Part shown: one piece after another, positions 9,611-19,011 of the stretch | Layout: each line of letters opens with the position of its first letter | Numbering within the stretch: position 1 is the stretch's first letter | Assembly (NCBI GenBank): GCA_937877515.1 | Contig: CALFIX010000049.1 | Coordinates: 7,485 to 71,484 of the forward strand | Length of the DNA: 64,000 bases | Origin: an uncultured Treponema sp. | GTDB lineage: Bacteria; Spirochaetota; Spirochaetia; Treponematales; Treponemataceae | Direction of reading: 5' to 3' | Notes under the pieces: generated by a model | What the model was told of the DNA's origin: nothing | Seen by the model: the letters and a program-made list of their open reading frames with translations, nothing else | Database searches by the model: none | Program-made: the position numbers and the translations under genes

Positions 9611-9639
9611 TTGAGTATTTATAGAATTCTTCTTATAAT
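9611..9639 (+). promoter_or_regulatory. sigma70 promoter of gltX
   Basis: TTGAGT-17 nt-TATAAT. Confidence 0.6.
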
Positions 9640-9687
9640 CAAGAGCTTTTTTTTAAGAAAATAGAATATTTTTATAGAGGTACATTT

Positions 9688-11265
9688 ATGGATACTAATG
9701 ACGTTCGTGTACGTTATGCTCCAAGTCCAACTGGAATGCAGCACATTGGCGGAGTTCGTACGGCACTTTTTAACTATCTTTTTGCAAAAAGCAAGGGCGG
9801 AAAATTTATCTTACGCCTTGAAGATACGGATCGTACCCGTTTTGACGAAAAATATGTTCAGAACCTTTATGACACTATGGCATGGCTTGGCATAGACTGG
9901 GACGAAGGCGGTTCTAAAGGCGGTGAATACGGACCTTATGTTCAGAGCGAACGCTTTGAACTTTACAAAAAATATGCTCAGGAATTAGTAGAAAAGGGAG
10001 AAGCCTACTACTGCTTCTGTGACGCAGAGCGCTTGGAGCGCATTAGAAAAATTCAGACAGAAAACAAGCTTCCTCCTGGATACGACAGAAACTGCCGTCA
10101 CTTAACTCCAGAGGAAGTAAAGGCAAATCTTGACGCAGGAAAGCCTTATGTAATCCGCCTGAAGGTTCCGATGGAAGGAGAAACAAAATTTCATGACCAC
10201 CTTTTAGGCGACATTGTCTGGAAAAACGAAGACATTTCTCCTGACCCTATCCTTTTAAAAAGCGACGGATTCCCGACATATCATCTTGCAAACATTGTAG
10301 ACGACCACATGATGCACATAAGCCACGTAATGCGCGCGCAGGAATGGATTCCTTCAACACCTCTGCACGTTCAGATGTACCGCTCATTTGGCTGGGAACA
10401 CCCGGAGTTCTGCCATCTTCCTATGGTAAATGGTTCAGACGGAAAAAAGCTTTCAAAGAGACACGGTTCAACTAGTTTAAACGAGTTCCGTGCACGCGGA
10501 TACCTTCCTGAGGCAATTGTAAACTACGTAGCCCTTTTAGGTTGTTCTTACGAAGAGGGTAAGGACATGTACACTCTGGAAGAGCTTTCTAAAAACTTTA
10601 AGCTTGAGCATTTAAATAAGGCTCCTGCCGTTTTTGACTACAAAAAGCTTGAATGGTATAACGGTCAGTATATCCGCATGCTAAGCGATGAAGAGCTTTA
10701 TAAGAGAGTCCTTCCGTTCATTACAGGAACAGGGGACGCAGCATTGGAGGTTGTTACGGAAAATCCTCAGCCAATGCCAAACGTGGGACCGGACTTTAGC
10801 GGAGTTGCATTAGGCGAAGACGGAGAACCTTACTGTGTAGACACTTCCATGGGAATGACAGGAGAAGATGTTAAAAAGGCACTTATGTCTTTGATGCCTT
10901 TAATAAAAGAGCGCTTAAAGTATCTGGCAGATGCAGCAGAGATGGTTCACTTTTTGTTTACAGAACCAGATGTGCCTGCAAAAGAAAATATCATTCCAAA
11001 GAAGCTTGACGAAGCAAAAACCCGCGAAGTTTTAGAGAAGGCAAAAGATTTTGTAAGCGTAGTGTTTGAAAAAGGCCATGATGCAGCAGAAGAATACGCA
11101 AAACAGACTTCCGAAGCCATGGGCATTAAGCTTGGAGACTTTATGATGCCTATAAGAATGGCAGTTACCGGTAGCAGGGTAAGCCCACCGCTTATCGGTT
11201 CAATTTTGATTTTGGGAAAAGAAAAGTCTGTTGCAAGAATTGAAAGAACCCTCGCTGCTTTTTAG
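9688..11265 (+). CDS. gltX: Glutamate--tRNA ligase
   Basis: RYAPSPTG, HIGG, RLEDTD and KLSKR class I motifs. Confidence 0.96.
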   Translation: MDTNDVRVRYAPSPTGMQHIGGVRTALFNYLFAKSKGGKFILRLEDTDRTRFDEKYVQNLYDTMAWLGIDWDEGGSKGGEYGPYVQSERFELYKKYAQELVEKGEAYYCFCDAERLERIRKIQTENKLPPGYDRNCRHLTPEEVKANLDAGKPYVIRLKVPMEGETKFHDHLLGDIVWKNEDISPDPILLKSDGFPTYHLANIVDDHMMHISHVMRAQEWIPSTPLHVQMYRSFGWEHPEFCHLPMVNGSDGKKLSKRHGSTSLNEFRARGYLPEAIVNYVALLGCSYEEGKDMYTLEELSKNFKLEHLNKAPAVFDYKKLEWYNGQYIRMLSDEELYKRVLPFITGTGDAALEVVTENPQPMPNVGPDFSGVALGEDGEPYCVDTSMGMTGEDVKKALMSLMPLIKERLKYLADAAEMVHFLFTEPDVPAKENIIPKKLDEAKTREVLEKAKDFVSVVFEKGHDAAEEYAKQTSEAMGIKLGDFMMPIRMAVTGSRVSPPLIGSILILGKEKSVARIERTLAAF

Positions 11266-11274
11266 TTTATGAAA

Positions 11275-11358
11275 CACCTACGCCCGTCACAAAAATTGCC
11301 TCCATGCAATTTTTGTTTCCCACCAAGTTCTCTGTAGAGAACTTGGTGAAGTGATGGC
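11275..11358 (+). repeat. Intergenic nested-hairpin repeat, family A
   Basis: CACCTACGCCCGTCAC...GTGATGGC outer stem enclosing CAAAAATTGC/GCAATTTTTG and CACCAAGTTCTC/GAGAACTTGGTG hairpins. Confidence 0.65.
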
Positions 11359-11393
11359 AATAAACAGAAAAGTGGGGCTATTTAAGACCTAAG

Positions 11394-11535
11394 TTTTTAC
11401 AAGGCGGAATGTAGGCGAGGTTCCGACTTCCGCAGCATTTGCACGGTGGGGAGGGCAACGCCCGACCTAAATACTTATTACCGTGCACCGTGCGAGGAAA
11501 GTCGGGTTCTCGACGAAAATGAAGCCTTGTAAAAA
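11394..11535. repeat. 142-bp palindromic element with 12-bp terminal inverted repeats (MITE-like or structured RNA)
   Basis: TTTTTACAAGGC / GCCTTGTAAAAA ends; inner CCGACTT/AAGTCGG and TGCACGGT/ACCGTGCA stems. Confidence 0.6.
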
Positions 11536-11604
11536 TGTTGTTTAACGTAAACACACGATGTTCACCACCAGGTGTCGTCCAAAAAAATACAAAAGGAGAT
11601 AAAA

Positions 11605-13299
11605 ATGAAAAAAGAAAAGAATGCAGGTTTGATAAGTTTTGCATTAGGCTGGGTTGGAAAAAAGCAGCTTAAGATTTTAAAGAAAGTCAGTAAAAACTGT
11701 GCCACCGAAGAAGAAAAAACTCTCCGCGGAATTCTAACATACGCAAAAGATACGGAGTGGGGTAAGGCTCACAGCTTTGAAAAAATCTTAGAGGCAAAAT
11801 CTTACGATGAACTTTTTTCCCTCTGGCAGAAGAACGTTCCTGTTCAGGACTATGAAGACTTGCGTCCTTTCATAGACCGTCATAAGAACGGTGAAGAAAA
11901 TCTTCTTTTCCCTGGTAAGCCGATGATGTATGCTACCACAAGCGGTACTGTTAAGGAACCTAAGTGGATCCCAATTACTCAGGACTATTATGCAAACGTT
12001 TATTCAAAGATGACAAAGCTCTGGCTTTACACATTTATGATGCACCGTCCAAAGGTTTTCTGGGGTAAGTGTGTTTCTATTGTTGGCAGGGTTGTTGAAG
12101 GTTATGCTCCGGACGGAACAATATGCGGTTCTGTAAGTGGCGTAACGCAAAGAGACTGCCCTGAGTTCATAAAGAGTCTTTATTCTGCTCCTTCAGACAT
12201 CTTCCACATTTCAGATTACCGTTCCCGTAACTACGCTTTAATGCGCACGGGAATTGAGCAGAACGTAACTTCATTTATTACGGCAAACCCAAGTACCATG
12301 CTTGAGCTTCAGCGCACTGTAGATGAAAACTTAGACGAGATGATAAAGGATATAGAAAACGGAACTCTCTCAAGTAAGTTTGACATTTCTGACGAAATCA
12401 GGAGCGCACTCTCACATCTTTATGCACCGAATAAAAGGCGTGCCGATGAGCTTAGGGCGCTTAAAGAAAAATACGGTCGTATCCTGCCAAAGCATTACTG
12501 GCCGGACTTTCAGTTTATTACAACCTGGAAATGCGGAAACACAAATGTGTACACAGAAAAACTAAAGGACTTTTTCCCGGAGCACACGCTGCACCAGGAG
12601 TTTGGCTACTTTGCAAGTGAGTGTCGTTCTGGTCTTGTAATGAACGGCGACTCTGACACTGTACCTTTCCCTCATGCACACTTCTTTGAGTTTACTGACG
12701 CCGATGATATGGAAAACTCTTCTCCTCGCTTCCTTCGCCTTAGCGAACTTGAAGTTGGTAAGAGGTACTTAATTTACATTACAACTTACGCAGGTCTTTA
12801 CCGCTACAATATGAATGACATGATTGAAGTAACAGGTAAGTATGGAACGATTCCTACAATTCAGTTCATTCAAAAAGTAAACGGAATTATAAGCATGACC
12901 GGAGAAAAGGTTCATGAGAGACAGTTCATGCAGGCCGTTAAGGAAGCAGAGAATGAAACCAAGTTAAAGACACGCTTCTTTGTAGGTTTTGCTGATGTAA
13001 ACGAAAGCGTCTATCACTTCTACTTTGACTTTATGGACGAAAACGTTACTGCTGAGCTTTGCGAGAGCTTTACTAAAGTTGTAGATGAGAAGCTCAAAAA
13101 GATTAACGTTGAATATGAGGCAAAGCGAGACAGCTTCCGTGTAAAAGCCCCTGTTCCTCATCTTTTGAAGGCAGAAGCTTTTGAAGGTTACAAGGAAGAG
13201 GCCATTAAGCAGGGGCTCGGTCGCGACGGTCAGTTTAAGTTAAACCTTTTGATGCAGGATGAAAAACGCCACGCAATATTTAAGGGACTTCTGAAATAG
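11605..13299 (+). CDS. GH3-family acyl-acid amido synthetase (ANL adenylating enzyme)
   Basis: TTSGTVKEPKWIP, YFASE and GLYRYNMND motifs of the GH3 family; start at ATG 11605 after AAGGAG. Confidence 0.88.
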   Translation: MKKEKNAGLISFALGWVGKKQLKILKKVSKNCATEEEKTLRGILTYAKDTEWGKAHSFEKILEAKSYDELFSLWQKNVPVQDYEDLRPFIDRHKNGEENLLFPGKPMMYATTSGTVKEPKWIPITQDYYANVYSKMTKLWLYTFMMHRPKVFWGKCVSIVGRVVEGYAPDGTICGSVSGVTQRDCPEFIKSLYSAPSDIFHISDYRSRNYALMRTGIEQNVTSFITANPSTMLELQRTVDENLDEMIKDIENGTLSSKFDISDEIRSALSHLYAPNKRRADELRALKEKYGRILPKHYWPDFQFITTWKCGNTNVYTEKLKDFFPEHTLHQEFGYFASECRSGLVMNGDSDTVPFPHAHFFEFTDADDMENSSPRFLRLSELEVGKRYLIYITTYAGLYRYNMNDMIEVTGKYGTIPTIQFIQKVNGIISMTGEKVHERQFMQAVKEAENETKLKTRFFVGFADVNESVYHFYFDFMDENVTAELCESFTKVVDEKLKKINVEYEAKRDSFRVKAPVPHLLKAEAFEGYKEEAIKQGLGRDGQFKLNLLMQDEKRHAIFKGLLK

Positions 13300-13306
13300 T
13301 TTGAAT

Positions 13307-13350
13307 GGGACTGCTTTTCTTTTTTTAGAAGAGTAGTCCTTTTGTTTTTT
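13307..13350 (+). terminator. Probable intrinsic terminator after GH3 gene
   Basis: GGACTGCTTTTCT-tttttt-AGAAGAGTAGTCC then T-rich tail. Confidence 0.65.
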
Positions 13351-13392
13351 ATACGTTTTGCTTTTATAAAGTTTTTTTTTACTGGAGTTTTA

Positions 13393-14022
13393 ATGAATTT
13401 TATTCGTCTTAAAAAAGGACTTTCTGTTTTTATTCTCTGTCTGTTTTCTTTACCTCCTGCCTTTTCTCAAAATGCAGCGACGCTGGATTCTGTCTGTTCT
13501 GTAATCTCTTCCCATAAGGTTACGGAGGGTTCTTTTGTTCAGGAAAAGAGAGTCTCTCCGACTAAAAGGGCTTTAAAGTCTAGCGGAACTTTTATTTTAT
13601 CTGGGGAAGGGCTTTATCTTCAGACGCTTCACCCTTTGCAGACAGCAATGGGAGTTACAAAGGAAAGCTATATTTCTGTTTCTGCAGACGGAGCCCGCAC
13701 TGTAATAGACACAAAAGATAATGCAGCTTTTCAGGGCTTAGCAGATGTTATAACAGCTTTGCTTTCTGGCGACAAAGAAGAACTTGAAACGTATTTTGCT
13801 GCAGAAGTTACAGGTTCTAAAGAGGCATGGAACTTAAATCTTAAAGCAAAAGATGAAACTGTTTCTTCTTCTGTAAAAACAATTTCTCTTACCGGCGATA
13901 AAGTAAATATTCTTTCTCTTTCACTTATAAATGCGGCTGACGGCAGTGTTACATACACTTTTACAAACCATGCATATAAAGAGGCTCTTTCTGATGGACA
14001 AAAAGCGCTATTTAAAAAATAA
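13393..14022 (+). CDS. LolA-like outer-membrane lipoprotein/lipid carrier protein
   Basis: Signal peptide; GSFVQEK...LKSSGTF pattern typical of LolA-like proteins next to MMPL exporters; GGAG RBS before ATG 13393. Confidence 0.7.
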   Translation: MNFIRLKKGLSVFILCLFSLPPAFSQNAATLDSVCSVISSHKVTEGSFVQEKRVSPTKRALKSSGTFILSGEGLYLQTLHPLQTAMGVTKESYISVSADGARTVIDTKDNAAFQGLADVITALLSGDKEELETYFAAEVTGSKEAWNLNLKAKDETVSSSVKTISLTGDKVNILSLSLINAADGSVTYTFTNHAYKEALSDGQKALFKK

Positions 14023-16360
14023 AATATTGGTTCCTCTATGGCTTTGTTTTCACTGTGTACTTCTTGCTGCCTTTTTAATTTCTCTTCCTGTTCGTGGCGG
14101 AATTAATGTTGACTCAGATTTGTTTAACATGCTTCCAACTTCTACGTTAGGGCGTGCAATGGGAGAAGCCGACGACAGGCTTTCTGCGTATACCAGCAGA
14201 AATGTCTTCGTGCTTGTAGGACATGAAGATTTTAAGACTGCAAAAGATACCGCTTCTAAAGTTTATGAAAAAATAAAAGATAGCAAAAACTTTACTTATG
14301 TTTCTTTGTATTCAGAAAGCGGAATAATTGAAGAACTGGAAGATTTTGTTCATCCTTACAGGTGGGCTCTCTTAAATGAAAATAACATTCGCCTTATTAA
14401 TTCTGAGGATGGAGCAAAAAATTTTGCAGATTCTTCCCTGGCTAAAGCATACAGCTCTTTTACTTTAACATCTCTTGCTTACCTGGAAGAAGACCCTTTT
14501 TTATTAGATGAAGCTGCTGTTCAAAATTATCTGGCTGCCGTTCAGGATGCGGGAACCGGCATGACGGCTAAAGATGGAGTTCTGGCTTCGCATTATGATG
14601 GCCTCTGGTATGTAATGATCAGAGGTTCCTTAAGTAAAGAAGGCGCGGCTCTTGCAAGCTCTTCAAATGGAATCTCAGATATTTATGCCGCCTGTACTCC
14701 TTTAGAAAAAGACGGGGTTCGTTTTGTTTATTCAGGAACTGCATTCCACAGTCACAAGAGTTCAAATAATGCAATGAGCGAAATTACAAAGATTTCTGTT
14801 TTTTCTCTTCTGGTAGTAATTATAATGCTATTGGTTGTGTTTAAGACTCCTGTTCCGCTTTTTGCTTCTCTTGCTTCCATCTTAATTTCCATTGGAACTG
14901 CTTTTTTTGCAACCATATTCATTTTTGGAAAAATTCATATTATGACGCTTCTTTTAGGAACTTCTCTAATTGGAAGCTGCATAGATTACAGTCTGCATTA
15001 CTTTGTAAGCTGGAAAGCAAATAAAAACTTAAAGACAAGCTCAGAAATAAGGGAGCACTTAATAAAGGGATGTGTTCTTTCTCTTATTTCAACAGAAATT
15101 TGTTATCTTCTGCTTTTGTTTGCACCGTTTAATCTTTTAAAGCAGATGGGAGTTTTTTCATTTACGGGAATTTTAAGTTCTTTCCTAACAGCCGTGTGCC
15201 TGTTCCCGCTTTTACCTTTACCTCAAGAAGAAAATAGGAATATTTCTTTTGTAAACCTTTATCATTCCTCTCCGTTAAAAAGGATACCTCATTCAAGTCT
15301 TTATATTTCTTTAGGAATTATGGCTCTCCTTTCCGTCATTATTGGCGTAAACTATAAAAAGCTTCGCATAGAAAACGACATGAACCGGCTTTACACCATG
15401 GAAGGCCGCGTTAAGGAAGATACTGCCCTTGCTGCCAAAATTACGGGCTATGCACCTCAGGGCTGGTTTATTATAAATGGCAGTTCAGAAGAAGAACTTT
15501 TAGAGCACGAAGAATACATTTGCAGTGAACTGGATAAAATACAGAATCGCGGGTACCTGGCTTCTACACGTTTTATTCCGTCCCTTAAAAAGCAGGAAGA
15601 ATCTGTTTCAGCCTGTAAAAAACTTCTTCCTCTTTCTGACGAACAGTTTGATTTGCTTGGATTTGGCGAGGAAGAAAAAGAACTGTTTAATACTGGTCTT
15701 GAAGATTCTTTAGAAAATCGCCTTACTCCGGAAGAATTTTTTAAAATGAACCTGCCTCTGGCCTTGCAGAGTGTTGCAGATATGCTTTTCCTTGGCGAAA
15801 TTGACGGTTCATATTATTCGGTTGTTCTTCCCGTAAAAGTTATAGATGAAACCTCTTATGTCCGCATAGCAGATGAAAGTGGCTTTGCTTATTACGAAAA
15901 TAAAATGAAAGATTTAGGAGAAGGGCTGGACAGGCTTACGACTCTTATTATAGTTTTGTTTGCACTGGCTCTCTTTATAATTCTTTGTGTCCTAAAGAAA
16001 TTCTACTCATGGTCTCATGTCGTAAAAATCGGTTCAATTCCGTTTATGAGCATGCTTTTAATTCTTGCGGTAATGGTTTTGCAAAACAGTCCGATAGAGT
16101 TTTTTGCTTTAACAGGTGCAATTTTAGTTTTTGGACTTGGTCTTGATTACATTATTTATAAGCTGGAACACATAAAGCGTAACGGCGTTACCGCTCGGAC
16201 GACAGAAGAAAAGCTTGAGCCGTTTGCAGTTTTGTTAAGTTTTGTAACGACGGCAATTTCTTTTGGAGCTTTAGCTTTAAGTACCTTTGTTCCGGTTCAT
16301 ACAATGGGGCTTACGATTTTCTTAGGTTTAGTGGCAGCTTATTTTTGCACAGTTTTTTAA
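13994..16360 (+). CDS. MMPL/RND-family lipid exporter
   Basis: Two repeats of 1 TM, large periplasmic loop and 5 TMs; GSCIDYSLH and GLGLDYIIY motifs. Confidence 0.85.
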   Translation: MDKKRYLKNKILVPLWLCFHCVLLAAFLISLPVRGGINVDSDLFNMLPTSTLGRAMGEADDRLSAYTSRNVFVLVGHEDFKTAKDTASKVYEKIKDSKNFTYVSLYSESGIIEELEDFVHPYRWALLNENNIRLINSEDGAKNFADSSLAKAYSSFTLTSLAYLEEDPFLLDEAAVQNYLAAVQDAGTGMTAKDGVLASHYDGLWYVMIRGSLSKEGAALASSSNGISDIYAACTPLEKDGVRFVYSGTAFHSHKSSNNAMSEITKISVFSLLVVIIMLLVVFKTPVPLFASLASILISIGTAFFATIFIFGKIHIMTLLLGTSLIGSCIDYSLHYFVSWKANKNLKTSSEIREHLIKGCVLSLISTEICYLLLLFAPFNLLKQMGVFSFTGILSSFLTAVCLFPLLPLPQEENRNISFVNLYHSSPLKRIPHSSLYISLGIMALLSVIIGVNYKKLRIENDMNRLYTMEGRVKEDTALAAKITGYAPQGWFIINGSSEEELLEHEEYICSELDKIQNRGYLASTRFIPSLKKQEESVSACKKLLPLSDEQFDLLGFGEEEKELFNTGLEDSLENRLTPEEFFKMNLPLALQSVADMLFLGEIDGSYYSVVLPVKVIDETSYVRIADESGFAYYENKMKDLGEGLDRLTTLIIVLFALALFIILCVLKKFYSWSHVVKIGSIPFMSMLLILAVMVLQNSPIEFFALTGAILVFGLGLDYIIYKLEHIKRNGVTARTTEEKLEPFAVLLSFVTTAISFGALALSTFVPVHTMGLTIFLGLVAAYFCTVF

Positions 16361-16384
16361 GTGCTTCTTATGAGTGGAGATTTT

Positions 16385-17077
16385 ATGGCTCTGGAAAATA
16401 TAAAAGGCGTAATCTTTGATTTTGATGGAACTCTTTATGATATGACATGCATGCCTGTAGACCTTGTTCTTAATGACATTAAAAACTGTCTTATTATGAA
16501 GGCTGACCGTAAAGTTCGCCATAACTTAAAAGGTAAGGATTTTGGTTCCTTAGAAAAACTGATGGACGTTTATTGCTCTCAAGTTTCTGATGTTACAGGG
16601 GTTAGTAAAGAAAAAATTTTAGAATGGTATTTAAATATTTATCCAAAAGAAATGGTTTCGCTCTTGAAAAAAAAATATAAAGCTTACGAAAAAGCTCAGG
16701 AAGTTTTTAAGACACTTTCTTTGAGTGGTATAAAATTTTCCGTGTTCTCGGACTATCCCATGGTAAGGGAGCGCATGGAAGCTGTAGGCTTAAAAGAAAT
16801 TGTTCCTTTGTGTCATGATTTTTACTATGCAGGTGATTTTGGTTCCTTTAAGCCAGCTCCCCGTCCTTTTTTAGAGATTGCTTTCAGCATGGGATTAAGT
16901 CAGAATGAATGTCTTGTTGTAGGTGACAGGGATGACACGGACGGAGAGGGTGCCCGTCTTTGCGGCATGAGTTTTATTCAGATTGAAAAAAATAAAAAAG
17001 CAAAAGCAAATGCCAAAGTAATTTCTGGAGACCACAAAATAATGACACTGGAAGAATTTTCTATTCTTCTAAAATAG
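16385..17077 (+). CDS. HAD-family phosphatase/hydrolase
   Basis: FDFDGTL motif I, KPAP, VVGDRDDTDG motif IV. Confidence 0.88.
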   Translation: MALENIKGVIFDFDGTLYDMTCMPVDLVLNDIKNCLIMKADRKVRHNLKGKDFGSLEKLMDVYCSQVSDVTGVSKEKILEWYLNIYPKEMVSLLKKKYKAYEKAQEVFKTLSLSGIKFSVFSDYPMVRERMEAVGLKEIVPLCHDFYYAGDFGSFKPAPRPFLEIAFSMGLSQNECLVVGDRDDTDGEGARLCGMSFIQIEKNKKAKANAKVISGDHKIMTLEEFSILLK

Positions 17078-17888
17078 CATCCCAGCCGTTTTGAATAATG
17101 CCTGCCATTGAGCACATGGAGTCATGGGCTTTTATACAGAGCGCCCTGGCTTCTTCCTTGCGGTTTTTTGCCACATCAGGCATTAAAACTTCTCCTATGC
17201 TTACAGTTACAAGTGGATGCTTTATGCCTAAAAGTTTTCTTAAGCCCTTAGCTTCTCTGTAGTGCAGCACTACAGGAACAACTGGAATGTTGTAGCGGTA
17301 TGCTAAAGAAAAAGCTCCTGTCTTGAAAGGACGTATAGGCTGGTACCAGTTCCAGCGGCAGCTTTCTGGAAAAACTAAAATCCACTTTTTTTTCTTGTGT
17401 AATGTGTCAAAGGCTTCGTTAAATTTTTTTGTCGCAGAAAATCCGCTTTCAGGAATAGGAATACCTCCTGCACTGCGAATTAAAAGCGCATCAGTTGAAT
17501 TTATATTGTCAGCAAAAGTCGGAAACCACATTTTTCTGTGGCCAACGGCCTGCAAGGCTGCAAGAAAGTCCCACCTGTAAACGTGATTGCAGACTACAAG
17601 AGCTCCATGACTTAATAATTTTCTGGCATCTTTTAAGTTTTTTCTGCCTTCAATTTTTAAGCCGTAGCGTATACGCTGCATCGGGTAAACTAAAGTAAAT
17701 ATTCCTGCATAAATTAAGTGCTGAAAGAATTTTTCCTTAAATGATTTCATTAAAAAAGGGTAATTTTCATCTACCTTTATGTCTTTTATATATTTTGGAG
17801 TTAAGATTCTCTGATTTGGTTTTTCAGGATATTCTATTCCCATGTTTGGAACAAAGGTACCTTCTTTTACAATATGTTCTTTTTGCAT
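17061..17888 (-). CDS. PlsC-like (lysophospholipid) acyltransferase
   Basis: NHVYRWD (HX4D), FPES and PFKTGAF motifs. Confidence 0.88.
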   Translation of the reverse strand: MQKEHIVKEGTFVPNMGIEYPEKPNQRILTPKYIKDIKVDENYPFLMKSFKEKFFQHLIYAGIFTLVYPMQRIRYGLKIEGRKNLKDARKLLSHGALVVCNHVYRWDFLAALQAVGHRKMWFPTFADNINSTDALLIRSAGGIPIPESGFSATKKFNEAFDTLHKKKKWILVFPESCRWNWYQPIRPFKTGAFSLAYRYNIPVVPVVLHYREAKGLRKLLGIKHPLVTVSIGEVLMPDVAKNRKEEARALCIKAHDSMCSMAGIIQNGWDAILEE

Positions 17889-18078
17889 GGAATAATTATA
17901 AATTTTCCACTTTTAAAATGCAATAATAGTTACTTTTTTTTATGCGTTTTGTGATGAATTTCTTGTGGATTTATATCAATTTTACTTTTAGTTTAAAAAA
18001 ATTAAGTCTGATTTTATTATACCATTAGTTAACAGTCTTAAAAAATGTGGCAAACAAAAAAGTTGGAGAATTAAAAAA

Positions 18079-18209
18079 ATGAAATCTAAAACTTTCCAAA
18101 TGTTTACATTCCGCGGTATTCCCTGCATTTACTACGGTTCAGAGGTTGGCTTCCAGGCACTTGCGAAGTTGATGGAAAAATCGGTAGCGATACCACATGG
18201 TTATATTAA
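18079..18209 (+). pseudogene. Collapsed remnant of a GH13 alpha-amylase gene
   Basis: GGAG RBS, then MKSKTFQ joined to MFTFRGIPCIYYGSEVGFQ (GH13 C-terminal barrel motif), then in another frame TCEVDGKIGSDTTWLY-stop. Confidence 0.65.
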
Positions 18210-18233
18210 AAAGTCTTTGTAAGGAGAAAAAAG

Positions 18234-19001
18234 GTGAAAATTAAAAAATTATTTGGGACGATGATGGTCTTATTTGCTGCTTTAGGACTGTTTGTTTCGT
18301 GTTCGCACAATGTTAGTTCTACATCTTCTACTAGTGGAACAACTGATGAAGAATTAACTAGTTCTGAATTAACGGTTAGTACAACAGCAGAGGTTTCAGC
18401 CACTACAGCTGTTATAAAGGCAACTGTTACTTCAAGTGAAGATGGAGAATTGACGTACCAGTGGTTTAATGTGTTAGACGACGGAAGTTTAACTATTATT
18501 TATGGTGCAACAAGTGCAACACTTTCTCTTTCTGATTTAGAAACTGGTACAACATATACATATTGTGTAAAAGTTACAGAAACTGTTGACGGAACAGTTA
18601 CTTCTATAGTTTATTCAAAAATTGTAATACAGATTTTAGACTCTTCAAATATTGTCGTAAATGCAGAAGCTCCCGTTTTAGCTAATGAACTTTCTAGTGC
18701 AAGTTATTATGTGGGAGATACCGCAGACGCACTGGATGCAAGCGCAACTGTAATTGATGGTGGCGTAATTACATATCAGTGGTATGTTGATGATGAAGAA
18801 ATAAGCGGGGCAACAAGTGCTACTTATAAACCTTCTACAGAAACAGCCGGAACATTTACTTATAAAGTAATCGTTACAAATACAAACTCCAGTTCTGAAA
18901 TTAATGGAAGTGCTACTTCTGAAACTTCTGCAACTGCGACTATAAAAGTAAGTTCTGCAAGTTCAGACGGTACGGGAAGTATTTATATAGATTTTAACTA
19001 A
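18234..19001 (+). CDS. Ser/Thr-rich lipoprotein with Ig-like domains
   Basis: Lipobox LFVSC; two TYQW...GATSAT Ig-like repeats. Confidence 0.75.
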   Translation: MKIKKLFGTMMVLFAALGLFVSCSHNVSSTSSTSGTTDEELTSSELTVSTTAEVSATTAVIKATVTSSEDGELTYQWFNVLDDGSLTIIYGATSATLSLSDLETGTTYTYCVKVTETVDGTVTSIVYSKIVIQILDSSNIVVNAEAPVLANELSSASYYVGDTADALDASATVIDGGVITYQWYVDDEEISGATSATYKPSTETAGTFTYKVIVTNTNSSSEINGSATSETSATATIKVSSASSDGTGSIYIDFN

Positions 19002-19011
19002 GGAATGTAAA

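Noticed and set aside
9480..9687. T-box or riboswitch before gltX (and SAM riboswitch before metY)
   Set aside because: No T-box or SAM-I consensus is visible, and the promoters lie close to the start codons
11378..11644. 88-aa minus-strand ORF
   Set aside because: It overlaps the palindromic element and the GH3 start; a likely shadow ORF
18099..18110. AATGTTTACATT palindrome as a LacI-type operator of the amylase locus
   Set aside because: It lies within the MFTF codons of the amylase remnant and is explained by coding origin
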